DNA of 64,000 nucleotides, taken from positions 186,001 through 250,000 of the forward strand of contig OZ025745.1 of NCBI GenBank assembly GCA_964019335.1. Reading direction: 5' to 3'. Position 1 is the first letter of the stretch, and every line of letters starts with the position of its first letter. Positions 58,114 through 64,000 of this stretch are shown here, one piece after another. The translations under genes were made by a program, and so were the position numbers. The notes below the pieces were generated by a model. It was not told the origin of the DNA and ran no database searches. It saw nothing but the letters and a program-made list of their open reading frames with translations. Origin of the DNA: Diplonema japonicum. Its lineage: Eukaryota; Protista; Euglenozoa: Diplonemea.

Positions 58114-58196
58114 TTATTTAAGACAAGTCTTGAGCTTTTTGAACTCCTTATTGGGTTGGATGACAACTGCCATGTCGCCTTCAGTATTGTCGTAGT

Positions 58197-58227
<31 letters not shown>

Positions 58228-59868
58228 CCTCCCACATACATTATACAACTTCCCTGCAAGATGGATCTTCGCAGCGGAGTGCGCGTTGAGCTTCGGGGTG
58301 TTTCGGTTGCTCGGGCACAACACGGGTTTGAGAAGCAACCTCGACTTTCTCATATTCTTCCAATCGATGCTCACATCAATGGATGGATGCACGACCCTTC
58401 CAGTTACCATATACGTCTCCTTCTTGCCCGGAAGCTGCCCCTTGATGGTCCCCTTCGCAACATCATGTCGAACCTCGGTAATTTTGTAGGTGATATCAGG
58501 CCGGCCGGGAACACTACCTGCGGCAACGTACCAAAGACCAGACAGATCGAGGTCACGGTGGATTGTTATGTTGAGCGATTGCAGGAGCTCGTTGAAGATT
58601 GCAACGACGTCACCAACATCTTTGTTCCCCTTGATGTTGAGCTCTTGGAGCGACGGGGGCGGGTTTCGTCTCAAAGCATTACCGATACTTCGCATGGATT
58701 GATCTGAGAAGCACATATCTGACAAGTCAATTTTCTTCAACCCATGAACATTCTGTATAATCGCCAGGACATCCACAACCGCAACATCGGTATTCCCGCT
58801 CAGATCCAAATCAGTCAGACCAGTGAGGGTTTGCGATATACCGGACAGGCACCGTGCTATTCCTTTACAACACGCCACCGACAACGTGACTAGTTTGACA
58901 GGGCGGCACGCGAAAATTCTGTTCAGCAGCAGCGCGTCGTAACCTTCCGGTACCTCGTTTCTAGACATCCTCAGCGAAGTGATGCTTGAGTTCTGCCCGA
59001 GCATTTCTATGAAGATAGGGTGCGACAGAACACCGGTCCCTGTCACGTTGAGTTTTTCCAATCCATGGTACCCCCTTAAGGCCGCTGACAGTATTGCGGT
59101 GCATGGTTCATCCATGGCGACCCCTGTTAGGTCCAGATCTTTCAAACCGGTTGGTTCGGATTTTGTATCCGCCGCGTCGGATTTCTTTTTCCCGCATGAC
59201 GTGCAAGTGTTGAGATCTCTGTTGCAGCATCTTGCGGAGTCTGGTTTGACAGTGTTGCACACTGGGCATGTGTACATAGTTTCTCGTGGGGTCGTCACCG
59301 CCAATGGAACCCCACAGCATTCTACAGGAACGCATTTCAACAGCGCGGTCATGTGGAAGAACGAATTGAATTGCAAGCTGTTGTGCATCATGGATAGGTT
59401 CGTGATGTTTGGGTGCGTCGATAATGCTTTTAAAAGCGATGTGGCGTCAGTGTCCGAGAGGTTGAGCCTGTCTAAACGAAGGGTTGATAAGTGTGTGATG
59501 TGCCGTAGTGTGCTGGACAGTACAGAGATGGTGGACGGGGTCAGGGTTTGGTTTTGTATTGATAGCGTCGACAGGATTTGGCGGAACCTGTTGCTGTTTA
59601 GTATTTCCCCTGAGAGCTCTCCCAAGTTGGCCTCGGAGATCTGCAGGCTCAGATCGCCGTCCTCCCCAACCTCGTCGCCGACCACGTTTAGCACTTCTTT
59701 GAGCTCCTTGTCCCCGCATTGGACTACGCTTGCCGCCCAGCCTCCCTTCGTCATCATCCCCACCTGTATTCTTTCCTTCATTCTAGGGTCTGGTACCATC
59801 CCTGCCTCACCGCACCTCTCTATATATTTTTCAACGACGCCCAGCTGCGTGTCCGTGGATCGGACCAT
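58114..59868 (-). CDS. RNI-like leucine-rich repeat protein with Cys-rich insert; 42-nt intron 58198-58239
   Basis: LRRs LSTLRLDRLNL, LKDLDLTG, LTDLDLSGN, LQELNIKGN; CxxC/CC cluster; in-frame GTATGT-(A)29-G intron. Confidence 0.8.
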
Positions 59869-59980
59869 TTTTTTTTTTTAAAGGGTAAATCTCTAAGGGG
59901 GAGGGTGGGTGGGGGAGGGGGGAGGTGCAAAAAAAAAGAAAAAAAAATACTGATGATTTCTTTTATAAATTGACACTGAT

Positions 59981-60023
<43 letters not shown>

Positions 60024-60045
60024 AACAACAACAACCCTCCATTCC

Positions 60046-60984
60046 TCATGCATTTTCTTGCGCTTTTATCTGCTCGTCGATATTTTGGAATATGGTTCTT
60101 GCCATGCCGCACGCAGTGGAGAGGATGAGGGACACGTCGGCCGTCCGGGGGTAAGTTTCAGGGTTTCGTAGGGAGGAGGTGATGGAGGTGATTTGCAGAG
60201 AGGGTGTCACACCAATGTAGTACGTTGCCAAAGGGCACGACTCTTCGAGGAGGCACGGGTCGGTAATAACCTGCTGCCCTATCAGAGAAGACGTAATGCA
60301 AATGGGAAGGTTAGCATGCGCACCAGGAATGGGCTCCGCGTCTGACGGGTTTCCAGAAATTTCCAACCCCTCGTCCCCTGCAATATCCTCGTGAATGACT
60401 ACCTTAGGAAGCCTTGCAGTAGTAAGAGCCGCCCGGCAGCCTACAGTGGCAGCCGTTATACAATTCCCTTCATTGTTGAGTACCATGATATCTACTGTGA
60501 CAACCCAGCATTTTGTGTCTCTGATGAACAGTTCTGTGTAGTCAATGCCGAGCACTCTGCAGCCGTTGTGTTGTGTTTCATGTTCTTTTGGTGGGGCGAC
60601 TTCGGACATGCCTCTGTTCGCTGCTTCGGGTTCAGATGCGCCGAGGATTTGTTTCAATTGGTGGGCCAAGCTTGCGTTGAAGGCCTCGGTTGTCCTTTCC
60701 TTTTGTCTTGCGGCTTTTCCCAGGCTCTTCGTGGAGCCGGGTGTTCCTGTCACATATACCTCAAGCCTTCCAGCTTCGTTTTGAGTGTCCCCCACTTCGG
60801 CACCAACGCAGCATAGCACCTCTGTGCCCCCTAAGCACACCCTTGCCGACCCGTAGCTGTTCTCCATGACCCCGCACTGGATCGCTAGATGTCTGAGTTC
60901 CATCCTCGTCCTGCCGTCAACTCTTATATTGTCCGCCGCCCCATTTTCGACGAAGGCTTGTTCCGAACTTGATAGTTTCGACAT
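60046..60984 (-). CDS. EXOSC7: Exosome complex component RRP42 (RNase PH family)
   Basis: LSSSEQAFV..G...NIRVDGR...R, GSARV..G.TEV, CWVVTVDI, AL..ARLP, DP...EE. Confidence 0.85.
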   Translation of the reverse strand: MSKLSSSEQAFVENGAADNIRVDGRTRMELRHLAIQCGVMENSYGSARVCLGGTEVLCCVGAEVGDTQNEAGRLEVYVTGTPGSTKSLGKAARQKERTTEAFNASLAHQLKQILGASEPEAANRGMSEVAPPKEHETQHNGCRVLGIDYTELFIRDTKCWVVTVDIMVLNNEGNCITAATVGCRAALTTARLPKVVIHEDIAGDEGLEISGNPSDAEPIPGAHANLPICITSSLIGQQVITDPCLLEESCPLATYYIGVTPSLQITSITSSLRNPETYPRTADVSLILSTACGMARTIFQNIDEQIKAQENA

Positions 60985-61170
60985 TTTTTTTTTCTCGCTT
61001 TATTTTTTTTTTTGGGTTTTTTGAGGGATGAAAAGGAGGGGGGGGGGGGGGGGGGGATAATTTACAAGGATTTTTTTTTTGTGACGTAAAGAAGAGTGTG
61101 TAAATCGGGTGGAGGAGGAGGAGGAGGAGGAGGAGGAGGAGGTGTGGTGTTTTCCCCATATTTTTTTTTT

Positions 61171-61422
61171 CTAATGCAGCTTTGCGTCAACATTTGCCGC
61201 GTTAGTTACTTTGTCGGCGTTTAGGTTGAAAGCTCCAGTATGACCATTGTTTTTCTTAAGCTAGAGGGGGGTTTATTTTATTTATTTATTTATTTATTTT
61301 TTTTTTTTGCATACCTTATGGGCTTGGTGTATTAATGTCGCAAGATTCGCTGTGTCATGAGTAGGGATATGTGAGGTTGTGTCTACTGCAAGTCCAATTC
61401 TTCCCTGAGAAATGCCTAACAT
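61171..61422 (-). CDS. 65-aa microprotein, 2 exons (intron 61261-61314)
   Basis: ATG after an A-rich leader; AAG|GTATGC...TAG intron; MLGISQGRIGLAVDTTSHIPTHDTANLATLIHQAHK/LKKNNGHTGAFNLNADKVTNAANVDAKLH*. Confidence 0.65.
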
Positions 61423-61923
61423 CGTTTTTTTTTTTGTTTTGTTTTTTTTTTTTTTTTTTTTGTTCCCCTGACTTCCTTTTGTGTGCATGCAGATAAAGAA
61501 AGTAAACAAAAAAAAATAAAAAGAAAGAAAAAACTCGCGGGGCAGGAAAAAAAGAAAAAGAAAAAAAAAAAAGATATTTGGTACAATTTCTCGTATATTT
61601 CCGTAGGTGTAAAAAAAAAAAAAGAAAGAAAAGTAGAATCCCGGAGATGTTTAAAATATCCGTAATATATGTTGTGATCATTGGGCATGTTATGTGAGCC
61701 AGCGGATTTTATAGGGGTGAAAAGTTTTTTTTCCTCCCTCTTGTTTTCATCACACACACTCTGGATCCGAAGAAGGAAAAAAAGGGGGGCGTATTAAGAA
61801 TTTGATTTATGTATGTCTCAAAAAACTTTTCTTTTATGCGTTTTTTGCGCTCACCGGCCTCCTCGCGCTCAGTCCCCGTTCGTCTCTGTTCTGGGGGGCT
61901 TTTGGCGGGTGCCGACTGCGGTG

Positions 61924-61978
<55 letters not shown>

Positions 61979-62062
61979 AGAAGTAAGGTTTGCTCCCTCC
62001 CTACCCCGTGCCCCCATCATTTTCTTTTTTTTTCTTCTTTTTTTGCTGGGCAGAAAGAATCA

Positions 62063-62109
<47 letters not shown>

Positions 62110-62442
62110 AATCTCGGAACGGGAGTCCCTTCACCGTGCGTAAAGGGCAAAAGAAAAAAAAAAAGAATAATACACCGTCCTGGATTTTTTCATTTTTCAT
62201 TTTTTTTTTTCCCCTAAAAAAACAATCCCCCCCCCCCCCCCCCCCCTTCACACGCAATGTCAAAAGAAAAAAAAAATCTAACCGCGCCCCGTACTACAGG
62301 TCGCGAGAATATGAAAAAAAAAAAAAAAAAACTCAAGTACAGGACAAGCCCCCCGCTAGAGGGCCGCCCTATGGGAGGGGGGTCTATCTGTTAATACTCC
62401 CCTTCTGGAGCAAAAAAAAAAAAAAAGAGAGAGACTATTTAA

Positions 62443-62712
62443 GGGTGCCTGCAGTATGTGGCAGGGCGCCCTGCACAGTATCGTCTACTTGATTACAGGG
62501 GGCGCGCCTCGGCCTAGTTGTAGCTTCTTCTGCGTTCCGCGTCGTGTCCTCAATGCGTGCGGTGTGCAACTCAACCCCAGCCATGGTGCCCCCGGTAACC
62601 AAGATTCTGAGCCCGTGCAGTTTGCTGCCTGTTCGTCACCCTGAGCATCTGCGTTACGTTCTTCCACTCGGGCGCTACCGGTGATGACCGACGTGGAGGT
62701 CAACACATCTGA
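62443..62712 (+). ncRNA. Candidate structured RNA island downstream of chorismate synthase
   Basis: Stems gggtgcc/ggcgccc, gggggcgc/gtgccccc, agttgta/tgcaact, ccgcg/tgcgg, gcccg/cgggc, tgacc/ggtca; wobbles are G-U on +. Confidence 0.35.
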
Positions 62713-62789
62713 TGTACTTCTTTATATTTCCATATTTCTGTGTTATCCCCACCACCCAAAAAAAAAAAAAATTCAGAATCCGCTTTTCA

Positions 62790-63944
62790 TCACTCCCGGG
62801 TTTTCTGAAGGAGGATCATGTCCATAAGGGTGATCGACGCCATGGCCTCCACAATGGGCACAGCACGGTTCACGACGCACGGGTCGTGGCGACCCTTTGC
62901 CTCCAAGGTGGCCTCCGTCCCCGCCATGTCGGTGGTGGTCTGCGCCCTGGAGATGGTGGCGGGCGGCTTGAACGCAACGGTGAAGTAAATAGCCTGCCCG
63001 TTAGTGATGCCCCCCTGTATCCCCCCGCTGTTGTTCGTCGTTGTGGACAAGGGACCCTTTTGCGCACCATGCGAAGGCTGAGGCCCCTTCTCCCTATGGC
63101 AGAAGGCGTCGTTGTGCGAACTACCGGTCTCCTGCGCACCTCTGAAACCAGACCCAACCTCAAACCCCTTAGTGGCGGGAATCGACAGCATGGCGTGCGC
63201 AAGCATAGCTTCCATTTTGTCAAAGCATGGTTCGCCAAGCCCATCGGGCACACCCCGAACAACACATGTCACACAGCCCCCTACAGAGTCGCCTTGATCC
63301 TTGAGACCAGTCACGATGTCAGTAATCTGTGCAGCAATGGCATCGTCAGGGCAGCGCGTCATCGACTTGTCAACCTCATCACGTGAGATAGTCAGCATCT
63401 TGTCAGCCGGCATGTCGTAGGTGAGGGTCCCGACTCGGGAGACCCATGCAACTATCTCGATGGATGGGTACTTCTCTTTGAAGTATGCTTCTGCGATGCC
63501 TCCTGCTATGACGCGGCCGATGGTTTCACGCGCGCTTGACCTGCCGCCTCCTGAGCTTGCGTGGATGCCGTATTTCACCCGGTAGGTGTAGTCGGCATGG
63601 GATGGGCGGGGGACGAATTTGTCTTCTGTTTTCGTGCGTTTCGCAGCTTGATCTTCCTGGAACTGGTAGTCTCCCGGACGTTGGTCTTTGTTCCTTACCA
63701 TCGCGCCGATGGGTGTCCCCAGAGAGACGCCCTTTTCAACGCCGGAGAGGAGCGTCACCTCGTCTGCTTCGTTTCTTGCCGTGGCGAGTTTGCTCTGTCC
63801 CGGTCTTCTCCTTGTCAGTTGCGGTTGTACCATTTCCTCTGTGAGCGGGATCTTGCCGGGCAGACCGTCCACAATGCACCCTACGCCTGGGCAGTGGCTT
63901 TCTCCGAAGGTTGTCACCCGGAAGGCTCGGCCGAAGGTGCTCAT
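62790..63944 (-). CDS. aroC: Chorismate synthase
   Basis: TTFGESH, RRRPGQ, PRPSHAD, SSGGGRSSARET, NNSGGIQGGI, FKP, GRHDPCV..RAVPIVEAM. Confidence 0.98.
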   Translation of the reverse strand: MSTFGRAFRVTTFGESHCPGVGCIVDGLPGKIPLTEEMVQPQLTRRRPGQSKLATARNEADEVTLLSGVEKGVSLGTPIGAMVRNKDQRPGDYQFQEDQAAKRTKTEDKFVPRPSHADYTYRVKYGIHASSGGGRSSARETIGRVIAGGIAEAYFKEKYPSIEIVAWVSRVGTLTYDMPADKMLTISRDEVDKSMTRCPDDAIAAQITDIVTGLKDQGDSVGGCVTCVVRGVPDGLGEPCFDKMEAMLAHAMLSIPATKGFEVGSGFRGAQETGSSHNDAFCHREKGPQPSHGAQKGPLSTTTNNSGGIQGGITNGQAIYFTVAFKPPATISRAQTTTDMAGTEATLEAKGRHDPCVVNRAVPIVEAMASITLMDMILLQKTRE

Positions 63945-64000
63945 TTTTTTTTTTTTTTTTTTTTTTTTCCCCGCTTCTTTTTTTTTTTTTTTTTTTTTTT

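Noticed and set aside
62681-62712. Box C/D snoRNA (GTGATGA...CTGA on +)
   Set aside because: Only about 21 nt separate the boxes and they form a hairpin, too short for a guide snoRNA; at most a K-turn-like motif.
1-64000. tRNA, rRNA, spliced-leader RNA genes or CRISPR arrays
   Set aside because: None recognised by eye; a covariance-model scan is needed to exclude divergent ones.

Overview
Eukaryotic protist DNA with very long A/T/G/C homopolymer spacers. I can support 29 protein-coding genes and all lie on the minus strand, one directional gene cluster across 64 kb. That layout, GTATG splice donors, polypyrimidine-AG sites ahead of start codons and a chorismate synthase point to a euglenozoan, most likely a diplonemid (inference). 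Manual splicing recovers 15 GT-AG introns; 14 are 33-91 nt and most are poly(A)-filled instead of pyrimidine-rich. They complete LSM12, CFAP20DC, UBTD, a TBC-FYVE protein and a ~4,750-aa membrane repeat protein, and reveal two small genes. Other content: four tandem secreted LVIVD-repeat paralogues with a shared, apparently gene-converted Cys-rich module; a CAMTA-like regulator; a transmembrane FKBP-cyclophilin fusion; piggyBac and Helitron relics; a palindromic non-coding element. The most unusual unexplained signal is a set of GC-rich intergenic islands that fold into multi-helix structures whose wobble pairs are G-U mainly on the + strand, antisense to every gene; two of them, 40 kb apart, begin with the same motif. 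All calls were made by eye, without database searches or folding software.
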